A stretch of DNA of 63,885 nucleotides, filler included. It is 6 parts of 6 records of this genome, joined end to end, with 100 filler letters (N's around TTAATTAATTAA, not from the genome) between each part and the next. Parts side by side here need not be neighbours in the genome. Positions count along the whole stretch, not along the records: positions 1 to 19,548 come from DRR723986_10260; positions 19,649 to 32,746 come from DRR723986_10261; 4 more parts are not named here. The stretch is one strand, 5' to 3'. This document shows positions 15,248 through 28,567 of the stretch, piece after piece; position 1 is the first letter of the stretch; each line of letters begins with the position of its first letter. The translations under genes were made by a program, and so were the position numbers. The notes below the pieces were generated by a model that saw only the letters and a list, made by a program, of their open reading frames with translations, searched no databases and was not told the origin of the DNA.

Positions 15248-15763
15248 TTAAAAGGACTCCGTTGACTGGAACAGGCCTACCCGCAGGTCAGTGGCTGTAT
15301 AGATTTCGCGGCCATCCACCGACAGGCTGCCGTCGGCGATGCCCATCACCAGCTTGCGCTCGATGACCCGCTTCATATCGATGTTGTAGACCACCTTGCT
15401 GGCGGAGGGTAGGACCTGGCCGGTGAATTTTACTTCCCCGGAGCCGAGGGCACGGCCGCGACCGGGGTTGCCGCGCCAGCCGAGGAAAAAGCCGACGAGC
15501 TGCCACATGGCGTCCAGACCCAGGCAGCCGGGCATCACCGGGTCGCCGGGAAAGTGGCAGCTGAAAAACCACAGGTCCGGATGAATATCGAGTTCCGCCA
15601 CGATCTGACCCTTGCCGTACTGGCCGCCGTCCGAGCTGATATGGGTAATGCGGTCCATCATCAGCATATTGTCAGTGGGTAGCTGGGCGTTGCCGGAGCC
15701 GAAAAGCTCTCCGTGGCCGCAGGCGATCAACTCTTCCTTGGCGTACGAATTTTGTGGAGTCAT
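15248..15763 (-). CDS. fabA: 3-hydroxyacyl-ACP dehydratase/isomerase
   Basis: [28 protein letters not shown]. Confidence 0.98.
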   Translation of the reverse strand: MTPQNSYAKEELIACGHGELFGSGNAQLPTDNMLMMDRITHISSDGGQYGKGQIVAELDIHPDLWFFSCHFPGDPVMPGCLGLDAMWQLVGFFLGWRGNPGRGRALGSGEVKFTGQVLPSASKVVYNIDMKRVIERKLVMGIADGSLSVDGREIYTATDLRVGLFQSTESF

Positions 15764-16019
15764 GAATATTCCAGTTGTCCCGACCGGGCCTGCGCTGCAG
15801 GATCGCGGGGGGGTGGGGCCGGCCCTTTGCCGGGTGCAGCCGTGTAGACGGTGCCATTTTAATGCCTGCGTGGCACAAGTCCAGCCCGCGCCGGGCTAAT
15901 CGGGCGTCCGGTGGCCAAGCGGCGGGGCCTTCGTTTACTATACCAAGCCCACGACAGGAGCGGTCTCATCGGTAAAATGATACAGCCCGCGCTGATGTAT
16001 CCGTTCGCAAGGACCTGAC

Positions 16020-17429
16020 ATGTTGATACCCGTTTTATTGTCCGGTGGCGTAGGCAGCCGGCTCTGGCCTGTCTCCCGGGAAGCGCATCCCAAGCAGTTC
16101 CTGCCGCTGGCCAGTGAACTGTCCATGTTGCAGGAAACCCTGAACCGTACGCTCGGCCTCGGGGCGTCGGCTCCGATGGTGGTCTGTAACGAAGAACACC
16201 GCTTTATGGTGGCCGAGCAACTGCGCGAGCTGGCGATCCAGCCGGAGGCGCTGATTCTCGAGCCCGCGGGTCGCAACACCGCGCCAGCGGTGGCGCTGGC
16301 GGCACTGCAGGCCTGCGAACTGGACCCGGAGGGGGTGCTGCTGGTGCTGCCCGCCGATCACCTTATCGCCAACGTGCCTGCCTTTGTCAGTGCTGTCGAG
16401 CTGGCCCTGCCCCAGGCCGAGTCTGGCCGCCTGATGACCTTCGGCGTGGTGCCGACCCAGGCAGAAACCGGCTACGGCTACATCAAGTGTGGTGCCGCTC
16501 TTGGCGAGGGCCTGTTCGAGCTGGAGCGTTTTGTCGAAAAGCCCGATGCGCCCACGGCCCAGACTTACCTGGATTCCGGCGACTATCTGTGGAACAGCGG
16601 CATGTTCCTGCTGCGCGCTGCCACCTACCTCGAACAACTCGAGCAGCATGCCCCCGAGATGGCGGCCTGTTGCCGCAAGGCGATGGCTGGAGCTTCCGCC
16701 GACATGGACTTCGTGCGGCCGGATAAAGCCGCCTTCCTCGCCTCGCCGGGGGACAGCATTGACTACGCGGTGATGGAGAACACGAACCTCGGCGGCGTGG
16801 TGTCTCTGGACTGCGGCTGGAGCGATGTCGGCGCCTGGTCGGCGCTGTGGGAGGTTGCCCAGCGGGACGCGGATGGTAACGTCGCCAAGGGGGATGTGAT
16901 CCTTGAGGATTGCCGCAACAGCTATTTCCGCAGCGAGTCACGCCTGCTCGCCGCTACCGGCGTCGACAACCTGGTGGTGGTGGAAACCGCCGATGCGATC
17001 CTGGTAGCAGACCGGGACCAGGTCCAGGATGTGAAGAAGATCGTCAACCGGCTCAAGGAGACCCGGCGCTCTGAGGCCTCCCTGCATCACCGGGTGTTCC
17101 GGCCCTGGGGGTCCTACGAGTCACTGATTGTTGCCGAACGCTTCCAGGTCAAGCGCATTGTGGTTAACCCGGGCCAGACCCTGTCCCTGCAGATGCACCA
17201 CCATCGGGCCGAACACTGGATCGTGGTCAGCGGCACGGCGGAAGTGACCTGTGACGACAAGGTCTTTATGCTGGGCGAGGACGAATCCACCTATATTCCA
17301 CTCGGTCACAAGCACCGGCTGGCCAACCCCGGCCGAATACCGCTGGAGCTGATCGAGGTGCAGTCGGGAACCTACCTGGGTGAAGACGATATCGTGCGCT
17401 TTGAGGACGTCTACGGGCGCGGCAGCTGA
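16020..17429 (+). CDS. manC: Mannose-1-phosphate guanylyltransferase/mannose-6-phosphate isomerase (ManC/AlgA type)
   Basis: LSGGVGSRLWPVSR, GRNTAPA, WSDVGAW, cupin HHHRAEHW. Confidence 0.95.
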   Translation: MLIPVLLSGGVGSRLWPVSREAHPKQFLPLASELSMLQETLNRTLGLGASAPMVVCNEEHRFMVAEQLRELAIQPEALILEPAGRNTAPAVALAALQACELDPEGVLLVLPADHLIANVPAFVSAVELALPQAESGRLMTFGVVPTQAETGYGYIKCGAALGEGLFELERFVEKPDAPTAQTYLDSGDYLWNSGMFLLRAATYLEQLEQHAPEMAACCRKAMAGASADMDFVRPDKAAFLASPGDSIDYAVMENTNLGGVVSLDCGWSDVGAWSALWEVAQRDADGNVAKGDVILEDCRNSYFRSESRLLAATGVDNLVVVETADAILVADRDQVQDVKKIVNRLKETRRSEASLHHRVFRPWGSYESLIVAERFQVKRIVVNPGQTLSLQMHHHRAEHWIVVSGTAEVTCDDKVFMLGEDESTYIPLGHKHRLANPGRIPLELIEVQSGTYLGEDDIVRFEDVYGRGS

Positions 17430-17457
17430 CCACCAACCCACATAACGAGGGAATGAC

Positions 17458-18285
17458 ATGATTGGTAAATGCCTGTTTCCGGTTGCCGGCTACGGCACCC
17501 GCTTTCTGCCCGCCACCAAGAGCATGCCCAAGGAAATGCTGCCGGTGGTCAACAAGCCCCTGGTCCAGTACGGGGTGGAGGAAGCGATCGAGGCGGGTAT
17601 GACCACCTGCGCAATGGTGACCGGCCGGGGCAAGCGCGCCATTGCCGATCATTTCGACATCTCCTACGAGTTGGAGAGCCAGATTTCCGGCACCAGCAAA
17701 GAGGTATACCTCGAGAGTATCCGCAACGTGCTCGACAAGGGCGTGTTCACCATGGTGCGCCAGCGGGAGATGAAGGGCCTCGGCCATGCCATTCTTACCG
17801 GCGAACCGCTGATCGGCAATGAACCCTTCGGGGTCCTGCTGTCGGATGACCTCTGCCTCAACGAGGGCCCCGGCGTACTCAGCCAGATGGCGGAACTGTA
17901 TCGCCAGTTCCGTTGCTCGATTGTCGCGATCCAGGAAGTGCCGGAGGAGGATGTCCACAAGTATGGGGTCATCGCCGGGGAGAGCCTGAAGGACGGTATC
18001 TACCGGGTCGACGAGATGGTGGAAAAGCCCGCGAAAGAGGATGCCCCCTCCAACCTCGCCATCATCGGCCGCTATATCCTGACCCCGGATATTTTCGACA
18101 TCATCCGGGAGACACCGCCGGGCGCCAATGGCGAGGTCCAGCTCACCGATGCCCTGCAGACCCAGGCCCGCAGCGGCTGCGTCATGGCCTATAAATTCAA
18201 GGGTCGGCGCTTTGACTGTGGCAGCGTGCCCGGCTTTGTCGAGGCCACCAACTTTGTTTACGAAAACTACTACGGTAAGGAATGA
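17458..18285 (+). CDS. galU: UTP--glucose-1-phosphate uridylyltransferase
   Basis: FPVAGYGTRFLPATKSMPKEMLP, KGLGHA, VEKP, GEVQLTDA. Confidence 0.96.
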   Translation: MIGKCLFPVAGYGTRFLPATKSMPKEMLPVVNKPLVQYGVEEAIEAGMTTCAMVTGRGKRAIADHFDISYELESQISGTSKEVYLESIRNVLDKGVFTMVRQREMKGLGHAILTGEPLIGNEPFGVLLSDDLCLNEGPGVLSQMAELYRQFRCSIVAIQEVPEEDVHKYGVIAGESLKDGIYRVDEMVEKPAKEDAPSNLAIIGRYILTPDIFDIIRETPPGANGEVQLTDALQTQARSGCVMAYKFKGRRFDCGSVPGFVEATNFVYENYYGKE

Positions 18286-18291
18286 TCCACC

Positions 18292-19548
18292 TTGGACAAG
18301 ATCACCTGTTTCAAAGCCTATGACGTTCGCGGTCGCATTCCGGACCAGTTGAATGAGGACATCGCCTACCGCATCGGCCGCGCCTATGCTGAGGTGATCC
18401 GTCCGCAAAAGGTGGTGGTCGGCCACGATATCCGCCTGACCAGTGAGGCGATCAAGGGTGCGCTGAGTGATGGCCTGCGCGACCAGGGGGTGGATGTTTA
18501 CGATATTGGCCTCTGCGGTACGGAAGAGATCTACTTCGCCACCGATTTTGCGGGTATGGACGGCGGCGTGGCGGTCACCGCCAGCCACAATCCCAAGGAC
18601 TACAACGGGATGAAATTCGTGCGCGAGGGCTCCCGCCCCATTTCCGGGGACACCGGGCTGTTTGATATCCGTGAGCTGGCCGAACGCAATGAATTCACCG
18701 CCGCCCCCGAGCGTGGTGAGCTGCATCCCCTGGATACCTCGCAAGCCTATGTTGAACACCTGCTGGGCTACGTTGAGCCCGCGGCCTTGCCGCCGCTGAA
18801 AATTGTGGTGGATGCGGGCAACGGTGGTGCGGGCCGGGTCATCGACCTGCTGGAACCACATCTGCCTTTCGAGTTCATCAAGCTGCATCACGAGCCTGAC
18901 GGTAATTTCCCCAATGGCGTGCCCAACCCCCTGCTGGAGGAAAACCGGGCCGCGACCATCGCCGCGGTCCAGGCGCATGGCGCCGATCTAGGTATAGCCT
19001 GGGACGGGGATTTCGATCGCTGTTTCTTCTTCGATTCAGCGGGTAATTTTGTCGAGGGTTATTACCTGGTCGGCCTGCTGGCGGAGGCCTTCCTCAAGCA
19101 GCATCCCGGTGCCAGCGTGGTCCATGACCCGCGCCTGACCTGGAATACCACGGCCATCGTCGAGGGCCTGGGCGGCAAGGCCGTGCAGAGCAAGACCGGG
19201 CACGCGTTTATCAAGGAGCGCATGCGCCTGGAGAATGCGATCTACGGCGGGGAGATGAGCGCGCATCACTATTTCCGCGATTTTGCCTACTGCGACAGCG
19301 GCATGATTCCGTGGCTGCTGGTGACCGGGCTGATTGCCAGCCGGGGGCAGTCACTGGCAGAGATGGTGGCGGAGCGGGTCGCCGACTTCCCCTGCAGCGG
19401 GGAGATAAACCGGACGATCGACGATCCGGCGGCGGTGCTGGCCCAGGCCGAGGCGACCTATCGCGACCAGGCGCTGGCTATCGAGCACGTGGACGGACTC
19501 AGCATGAATTTTGCCGAATGGCGCTTCAACCTGCGCATGTCCAACACC
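18292..19548 (+). CDS. manB: Phosphomannomutase/phosphoglucomutase (3' truncated at contig end)
   Basis: [27 protein letters not shown]. Confidence 0.93.
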
Positions 19549-19648
19549 NNNNNNNNNNNNNNNNNNNNNNNNNNNNNNNNNNNNNNNNNNNNTTAATTAA
19601 TTAANNNNNNNNNNNNNNNNNNNNNNNNNNNNNNNNNNNNNNNNNNNN
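19549..19648. other. Artificial contig spacer
   Basis: 44 N + TTAATTAATTAA (stops in all six frames) + 44 N. Confidence 0.99.
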
Positions 19649-20119
19649 CTTGTAATTTGTCGGTGGGGACTGCTTCTACCCCCAAGACTCTGTGACCGTG
19701 CTCAAAGCCCCCAAAGCGTGCTTCTCTGAGTAATAGACAAGCACCGGAAGCTATTTAGTGAATGTGTGTGATGTAATTACCGAATTTCACACTTTGCCCA
19801 TTGGGGTACAAGTGCGTGTATGCATCAAATTGTGCATGGCAAAGGTCGCAAATACTGCTTATGTTCTACCCATAACAGTCGTATCCCCCCTCTCCGGATT
19901 TTGTCCCCTTTTCCGGAATCTGTCCCCCGTCTGCAATTAAAAAAACGTACGTAGAGAATCAGTCATGGACTGGAGATTGCTGGCTGACACGTAGCTTTCC
20001 TGTGAACAGCAGGTATTGTGTTTAACCAGCAGTCCCAAGTTGTTGATGGTTTATTTTGAAGCTTACGACCTGTCCTGAGCACTGCGCAAGGTAGAATCAT
20101 TGCAGCAGGGAGTGGCGTC

Positions 20120-21733
20120 ATGCAGGGGAATATTTTTGGTCCAAAAGCTGCCGTGGCAGCGTTGTGTTGTTTAAGTTGTTTGTTGCCGCTTCTGTACTTT
20201 CCGATTTCACCGGATTTGGCGGTATTTGCACTTGGCGGTCAGGTTATACTCGACGGCGGGGCAATGTATGCTGACTTTGTAGACATTAAACCGCCTCTGG
20301 TATATTATCTGCTGGCAGCAGGGCAGGCTTTGTTTGGCACGAGTGAACTCGGGGTTCGCTTGTTTGACCTGATCTGGCAGTTTGGCACGTGTATGTCCAT
20401 GTACTTTGTTGTACGGCAGGCAGGTTATGCAAATGCGCATGGCCTGGCTGCGGCCTGCCTGTACGCATTTGTCTACGTTACACATTCATATGCCTCCACC
20501 ATGCAGTGTGAGTCGTTTGCGATCATGCCGATGCTGTGGGCTATGGCTTTGATGTCGCAGCAGTCGCAGCGGGTCTGGAAGATACTCGTGATTGGTTTTC
20601 TGTGTGGTTTTGTTTTTAGCATCAAGTACCCTCTGGGGATTATTCTGGCGGGCCTACTGATTTGGGATGTGCTGTTTAGCCAATTGTTTGATCCTATGTT
20701 TAAGAGTCGGCAGGCGCGTCTGTTTGTGTCTCGCTGGCTGCTGATTTTGTCTGGATTTATAGTTGGCGTTTTTCTGTTTCTGGTATTGCCGCTGATGGCG
20801 GAAGGCGCATGGGAAGCGTTTCTGCTGGTCTTTGAGTTCACGCTTAGTTACAACAGCAGTTCGATTCTGGATGTGGTTTTTATTCGCGAAACACTTAAAC
20901 AAATCCCGGAATACCTGGTTGATCAATTTTCGCTGCTGATGGCTCTGGGAATTGCGGTTGTGCTTTTTAGGATGATTGGCATGTCCGGCGAGCGCCGGCC
21001 GAATAAAGAGCGTGAGCTGGCCTTGGCTCTGATATGTTTGGCGGTGTTGCTCGTTTCGGTTGTAATTGAGCGCAAAATGTTTGCGTATCACTTTAGCCGC
21101 GCGCTGGTGGTACTTGTGCCGCTGGCTTCGATTGGACTAGTGGATTTGTTAACAAAGATGCGCAGCTCAGCGGGACAGGTGCGGATTGTTAACCCGCTGA
21201 TAATGGTTTTAATGATTACCATGGCGATTCTGTTTAGCCCGCTGCCGCGTTATGTTAACCTGCTGCGCCCGGCCGTGCACTTTCACAGCAATCCGGCGGC
21301 ATTTGATGCTTTTTATGAACGGCCGGGATTGGACCGCTCCGTGATTCGCGTGCAGCAGCGTGAGCTGCAGGAATTTGTGCGCACGATTGCTGGTGCGCAC
21401 GAGGAGGTGCTGGTGCTGTCTACACACTCGGCAATGATTAACTTTGGGCTGCAGCGCCAACAAATCCACCGCTTTCCAGGGATGCAAATTTTTGCGTTTG
21501 ACACTGCACCTGCAGCGTGGCGCGCCGAAGTGTATGCCGTTATGCGCCGCGCGGACTTCCTGGTTGTACAGCTGAATGATCGCTTTGATTTGGTAAATGC
21601 CACGAATGCGAGCAGCGCCGAACTGTTGGCCGCCGATGCTGAAGCCTCAGGAATTATTAGCACGCGTTTCCGTGAGCTGCGCCGTTTTGAATCTTTTGTT
21701 GTGTATCGCGCGGCAGAACTTGAGCCCAAATGA
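20120..21733 (+). CDS. Multi-pass membrane glycosyltransferase, GT-C fold (ArnT/PMT/GT39-like), paralog 1
   Basis: N-terminal TM then MYADFVDIKPPL loop motif, about 11 TM segments, soluble C-terminal domain. Confidence 0.7.
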   Translation: MQGNIFGPKAAVAALCCLSCLLPLLYFPISPDLAVFALGGQVILDGGAMYADFVDIKPPLVYYLLAAGQALFGTSELGVRLFDLIWQFGTCMSMYFVVRQAGYANAHGLAAACLYAFVYVTHSYASTMQCESFAIMPMLWAMALMSQQSQRVWKILVIGFLCGFVFSIKYPLGIILAGLLIWDVLFSQLFDPMFKSRQARLFVSRWLLILSGFIVGVFLFLVLPLMAEGAWEAFLLVFEFTLSYNSSSILDVVFIRETLKQIPEYLVDQFSLLMALGIAVVLFRMIGMSGERRPNKERELALALICLAVLLVSVVIERKMFAYHFSRALVVLVPLASIGLVDLLTKMRSSAGQVRIVNPLIMVLMITMAILFSPLPRYVNLLRPAVHFHSNPAAFDAFYERPGLDRSVIRVQQRELQEFVRTIAGAHEEVLVLSTHSAMINFGLQRQQIHRFPGMQIFAFDTAPAAWRAEVYAVMRRADFLVVQLNDRFDLVNATNASSAELLAADAEASGIISTRFRELRRFESFVVYRAAELEPK

Positions 21734-21930
21734 TCAAAGAATGAACGCCAAAAAACCTTGGTGGCTGAGCTGTTTGTGCCGTGGGAAACAGTGCCTAACA
21801 AGAGGAAACAGCCAGCCACCAAACGGAGTGAGGGGGGCGCAGCGCTCAAGTTTTGTGTACTATCTATGCGTATTTCGGTCGCGAGGATTTTGTGAAAGAA
21901 GTGTCGACAGGCACGCGCAATATTGGCTAA

Positions 21931-24177
<2,247 letters not shown>

Positions 24178-24339
24178 GGACGTCCTTTCGCTGCTGCAGA
24201 TGCTAAAATTGATTACAGCGGCCGGCAGGGCCAATAAAAAGTTGAAAAGGGCTGACGCACCTGAAAGCGTTGGAGTTGGCTGTGCCGGGGCGGCATGGCC
24301 GGCAGTGAGAATAGCACTTCCACTTATGGCAGACGAATA

Positions 24340-25920
24340 ATGCGTTTAACTCAGCGTGAACGAACCATCATGTATGTAGGTGCAGTCCTGTGCCTGATTT
24401 TTCTGGTGCCTTGCCTGCTGTTTCCGATTTCGGCTGACCTGGCGCTGTTTTCGCTGGGTGGCCGGGTTCTGCTGGAAGGCGGAGCGATGTACGAGGACTT
24501 TGTGGACATCAAGCCGCCGCTGATTTTTTATGTGCTGGCGGTGGCGCAGTTCCTGTTCGGCGAAGGTGAACTGAATGTGCGCATCTTTGACTTCATTTGG
24601 CAAAGCGCCACAATTGTCTCGCTCGTCTACGTTCTGCGGCAGCATAGTTTTTCCGTCCTGCAGGCGATGGCCGGCGCGGTGCTTTACACGCTGGCTTACA
24701 CGGTGCAGAATCACCCATCGACGATGCAATGTGAGGGGCTGGCGGCTATGCCGCTCTTGTGGGCGGTACATTGGTTCCTGACGCGGCGTGAGAGTAATGT
24801 GCATCGCATGCTGGTTGGGTTTCTGGTTGGCGCGGCATTCTGCCTCAAGTTCACGCTCGGGATTGTGCTGGTGCCGTTTTTGCTGAGCGATATTTTCATA
24901 GACAGGTGCGGAATTGCCGAGCTGTTCAGGCGCTGGCTGGCGATTGGCGGCGGTTTCCTGATTTCGCTGGCGATTCTGTTCGTCTGGCCGCTGATGATCG
25001 GCGAGGCCTACGAAGGTTACCTGTTGATGTGGGACTTCACGGTTGGATATGTTGGCATCCAAAAATGGACGCTTGAATACATTCGCACGGCCTTAAAACT
25101 GATACCGTACTACTTTGGCGAGAAGTTCTCATTTGCTTTGCTGGTGGGACTTGCGGCTGTGATGCTGCAGTACTTCAGGCAGGTGCGTGGCGGTGAGGAC
25201 AAGGCGGACAAGTGGACGCCGATGGCTCTGCTGGTTGGCTTGTTTCTGTTTCTTTCGGTTGTGGTTGAGAAGAAGTTTACGCCGTACCACTTTGGGCGTA
25301 TGTATGTATTTCTGCTGCCGCTGGCGGCTGTTGGTTTGATCGCCACCTGGCATTTTTTCGTGGATGTATTCCGCAAGGGCGGTGGCGCCGCCAAATTTCT
25401 GGTGCTGTTCCTGGGGTTGACAATTTTTGTGTTCTCACCCGTGACGCGTTTTGTAAATATTTTGCGGCCGAGCCTGTATTACTTCACGGATCGGGCCAAA
25501 TACGATGAGATTTACGAACGTGGGCATGAGGGCGACCGCAGTGTGATCCGCAAGAAACAGCTGCAGGTAGTAGATTATGTTAAGTCACACCGACAGCCTG
25601 GGGAACGAACATTTGTTGCGGCAACACAGGCCGGCACGATTTATTTCTTCCTGAATGAGCGCCCGATTCCCAAGTTCCCGAGCACACAGTTTTATGGAAC
25701 TCCGATGAGTCCGCAGCCCTGGGTAGAGGAGTTTGCTCCGCGCCTGGCCAAGGCGGACTGGCTGATTGTGCACACGGACGATCGATATATTCAGATTAAC
25801 GGCACGGATAAGACGGCGGTAGACGTCATCAACGATGACCCTGCGGCGGCGCGGCTGGTGCGGGAAGAATTCCACCTGGTGGAAGAGTTCGAATTTTTCC
25901 GGGTTTATAAGCGCAACTGA
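24340..25920 (+). CDS. Multi-pass membrane glycosyltransferase, GT-C fold, paralog 2
   Basis: MYEDFVDIKPPL, STMQCE, SVVVEKKF.YHF.R shared with 20120-21733. Confidence 0.7.
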   Translation: MRLTQRERTIMYVGAVLCLIFLVPCLLFPISADLALFSLGGRVLLEGGAMYEDFVDIKPPLIFYVLAVAQFLFGEGELNVRIFDFIWQSATIVSLVYVLRQHSFSVLQAMAGAVLYTLAYTVQNHPSTMQCEGLAAMPLLWAVHWFLTRRESNVHRMLVGFLVGAAFCLKFTLGIVLVPFLLSDIFIDRCGIAELFRRWLAIGGGFLISLAILFVWPLMIGEAYEGYLLMWDFTVGYVGIQKWTLEYIRTALKLIPYYFGEKFSFALLVGLAAVMLQYFRQVRGGEDKADKWTPMALLVGLFLFLSVVVEKKFTPYHFGRMYVFLLPLAAVGLIATWHFFVDVFRKGGGAAKFLVLFLGLTIFVFSPVTRFVNILRPSLYYFTDRAKYDEIYERGHEGDRSVIRKKQLQVVDYVKSHRQPGERTFVAATQAGTIYFFLNERPIPKFPSTQFYGTPMSPQPWVEEFAPRLAKADWLIVHTDDRYIQINGTDKTAVDVINDDPAAARLVREEFHLVEEFEFFRVYKRN

Positions 25921-25924
25921 GCAT

Positions 25925-27550
25925 ATGCAGCACCTCTGTAGTTTGCCATATTCAGCACCAGAGTCTTCGGTGCTGCATGCCTTGAGCCACGACGCTGAGT
26001 TCATGGATCAACGTTTTCCGGCGAATGCGCGCCTGCATTCACGCGCGCATTTTGAAGACGTGGCCGGGCGCTACCGCAAGCGCGCGCAGGCCGTTGACGT
26101 CATTCGCAGTTCGATGGCCGGGCTGGAGCTGAGCGACGCACAGCAGGCCTCGCTCAGCCTGCTGGCGCAGGACAAAACTTTGATCGTGATATCGGGCCAG
26201 CAGACCGGAATTTACGGCGGCCCGGCATTCACGGCGCTTAAAGCTGCGGGTGCAATCGAGCTGGCGCGCCGGCTCTCGGCGGCACATGCCGATTTCGCGG
26301 TTCTGCCCATCTTTTGGATGGAAGACAACGATCACGACGTTGAAGAGATTTCAGCTGTAGACTTTTTGAATCGATCGCAGGGAGCGGTACAAACGCGCCT
26401 GCGCTGGCCGGGCCTGCGCCGCCGAACGATGGTGTCCGAACTGCAGTTTGGGGACACACTTGAAGAACTGGAGCGCGACTGGCAGGCACAGGCACACCCC
26501 AGCCTGCATAGCGATGAGACATTTGAGGTTTTGCGCGCTGCCTATAGAGTCGGCTCAACTCCGGCGCGCGCTTTTCGCGACTGGATGCAGACGCTGTTTG
26601 CTGACAGCGGCTTATTATTGGTGACTGCCTCGGAGTGTCGCCGGGCAGGTCTTTTTGCAGATATTGCGCGGCAGGAGTTGGCGCAGCCGGGAGAATCTCA
26701 AAAATGTATGCAGCCGGTACTGCAGGACTTTGCTGCGCGCGGGATTAATGCGCAGGTACAGCCTTCGGCAATTAACCTGTTTTATGTAGAAAAAGGCCGG
26801 CGCATGAAGCTGGACCTGGATTCGGCGCGGAACTGGACGGCCGAAGGTTTACCGGTGGAACGCAGCAATATCGAAGCTGCTTTTGAGCGCGATGCCGCGG
26901 TGCTGACGCCAAATGTTCTGCTGCGTCCAATCATGCAGGATCAAATATTTCCGACCCTGGCGTATATCGCCGGGCCGGGCGAACGTTCGTATGCAGCCGA
27001 AATCCGCGAGTTGTATGCGCGTTTTGACGTGCCGATGCCGGCCTTTGTTCCGCGGCCGCACGCAACGCTGCTCTCGGCCGGCTTTGAGCGCCGCCGCGCA
27101 CAGGTTCCGATCGATTTTGCGGACTTGCGGCGCAGCAGTGATGCTTTTACGCAGGAGCTGAATAAGCGCTGGACGCCGGACGACTGGTTGCAGGAATCTG
27201 CCGGTTTTGCCTCTTCGATCAGCGCAATTTATGCTGATGTCCGCAAGCAGGTGGCGCAGGTAGATTCGAGCCTGGATGCGATTGCCGAGCAGGAGCTGAA
27301 TAACAGCCTGGCAGGCCTTGAGCGACTAAATGCCAAGGTGCGCCGCTCGATGCGCAGGCGGCATCATGATGACCTGCAGCGACTGCTGCACATGCATGCG
27401 GAGTACTTTCCGCGCGGTGGTCCGCAGGATCGCCACACGAGCGCAGCATTCATGGCCTATCGTTATGGGATCGCAGACTTCAGGAACTTCGTTCATACAG
27501 CCGCAGAATTATGGAATGCCGGCGAAATGATATTTACGATAGCGGACTGA
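25925..27550 (+). CDS. bshC: Bacillithiol biosynthesis cysteine-adding enzyme BshC
   Basis: SGQQTGIYGGP, FWMEDNDHDVEEI, PNVLLRPIMQD, YIAGPGERSY, PQDR motifs. Confidence 0.88.
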   Translation: MQHLCSLPYSAPESSVLHALSHDAEFMDQRFPANARLHSRAHFEDVAGRYRKRAQAVDVIRSSMAGLELSDAQQASLSLLAQDKTLIVISGQQTGIYGGPAFTALKAAGAIELARRLSAAHADFAVLPIFWMEDNDHDVEEISAVDFLNRSQGAVQTRLRWPGLRRRTMVSELQFGDTLEELERDWQAQAHPSLHSDETFEVLRAAYRVGSTPARAFRDWMQTLFADSGLLLVTASECRRAGLFADIARQELAQPGESQKCMQPVLQDFAARGINAQVQPSAINLFYVEKGRRMKLDLDSARNWTAEGLPVERSNIEAAFERDAAVLTPNVLLRPIMQDQIFPTLAYIAGPGERSYAAEIRELYARFDVPMPAFVPRPHATLLSAGFERRRAQVPIDFADLRRSSDAFTQELNKRWTPDDWLQESAGFASSISAIYADVRKQVAQVDSSLDAIAEQELNNSLAGLERLNAKVRRSMRRRHHDDLQRLLHMHAEYFPRGGPQDRHTSAAFMAYRYGIADFRNFVHTAAELWNAGEMIFTIAD

Positions 27551-27801
27551 TCCGGTAGAGCTGCGCCGCACCGATTTTCCCTAGGTCTCTGCGTTTTTTG
27601 CTTATATTTGAAGATATCGCTTGGACCGAACGTGCGTCCAGGACTGCAGAGTAAACAAAAACGCTACACTTTCTTCAATGTAGTGGCTCTGGCTTGTGAC
27701 TCTAAACCTGCTGATATGGTAAGACCGCAAAAATCCTGGATGATACGAAGGTGTGACCACCGTGAACCTTTTTACTGTAGAATATTTTTGATGGAAGCCG
27801 C

Positions 27802-28296
27802 ATGAACAGCAAACCGTTGGTGTTGGTCGTTGACGACAACAAAATTACGACCAAACTGCTCAATCGATACTTGACTCCGGCCGGTTTTAACGTTAAGGAA
27901 GCTTACGATGGAATTGAATGTCTGGAAAAAGTTGGGGAAGCCACACCTGATGCGATTGTTCTGGACGTCATGATGCCGCGAATGGATGGTTATGAGACGG
28001 TGCGCCGCCTCAAAGCTGATGAAGCCACACGCAATATTCCGGTTGTGATTGTGACCGCGCTCAACGATGTAGCCAATCAGGTTAAAGCCATCGAAGCCGG
28101 TGCCGATGACTTCCTCAGTAAACCGATCGAAGACAAATTGCTGATTGCCAAAGTGCGACTGTTGACCAGCCTCAGCCTGCAGCGTCGCCAGGTGACCGTG
28201 CTGAATGGTTTGCTCGACAAAGCCCTGACGGGTTCCCTGGATGCCGGTGAGCGCGAAAGCGCAATGGCTGAATTTTCGGGCGACTCAGTCTCCTAA
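27802..28296 (+). CDS. Response regulator receiver protein (PleD-like REC plus short helical tail)
   Basis: VLVVDD, LDVMMPRMDG, GADDFLSKP; no recognisable output domain. Confidence 0.9.
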   Translation: MNSKPLVLVVDDNKITTKLLNRYLTPAGFNVKEAYDGIECLEKVGEATPDAIVLDVMMPRMDGYETVRRLKADEATRNIPVVIVTALNDVANQVKAIEAGADDFLSKPIEDKLLIAKVRLLTSLSLQRRQVTVLNGLLDKALTGSLDAGERESAMAEFSGDSVS

Positions 28297-28405
28297 AGAT
28301 CTGGAAGCTTGCACCGCGGCAGCCTTTGGGATGAATTGGCTGCCGTCTGAGCGTGAGCGGCATACGTGTTGCATCCCGGCTTGGCGGGTGTAGACCTAAA
28401 GACTT

Positions 28406-28444
28406 GTGGGCATTGTTGTATTGGCAATGTCCACTTTATTGTTT
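28406..28444 (+). terminator. Putative intrinsic terminator
   Basis: GTGGGCATTGTT-GTATT-GGCAATGTCCAC 12-bp stem (with G-U pairs) then TTTATTGTTT. Confidence 0.55.
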
Positions 28445-28567
28445 ATATCCGATAGTGCGGGCATTAAACAGTAACTGTTGGATGTTTCGTCGTATCTCTT
28501 GTCAGTGAGGCCACATTTTCTGGCCGGTCTTTCCCGGTATTCCAGAATTCGATTCAGAAGATTACAT

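Noticed and set aside
19593-19604. TTAATTAATTAA recurring five times inside N-runs
   Set aside because: Artificial six-frame-stop linker, not biological; ORFs running into X residues are truncated by it.
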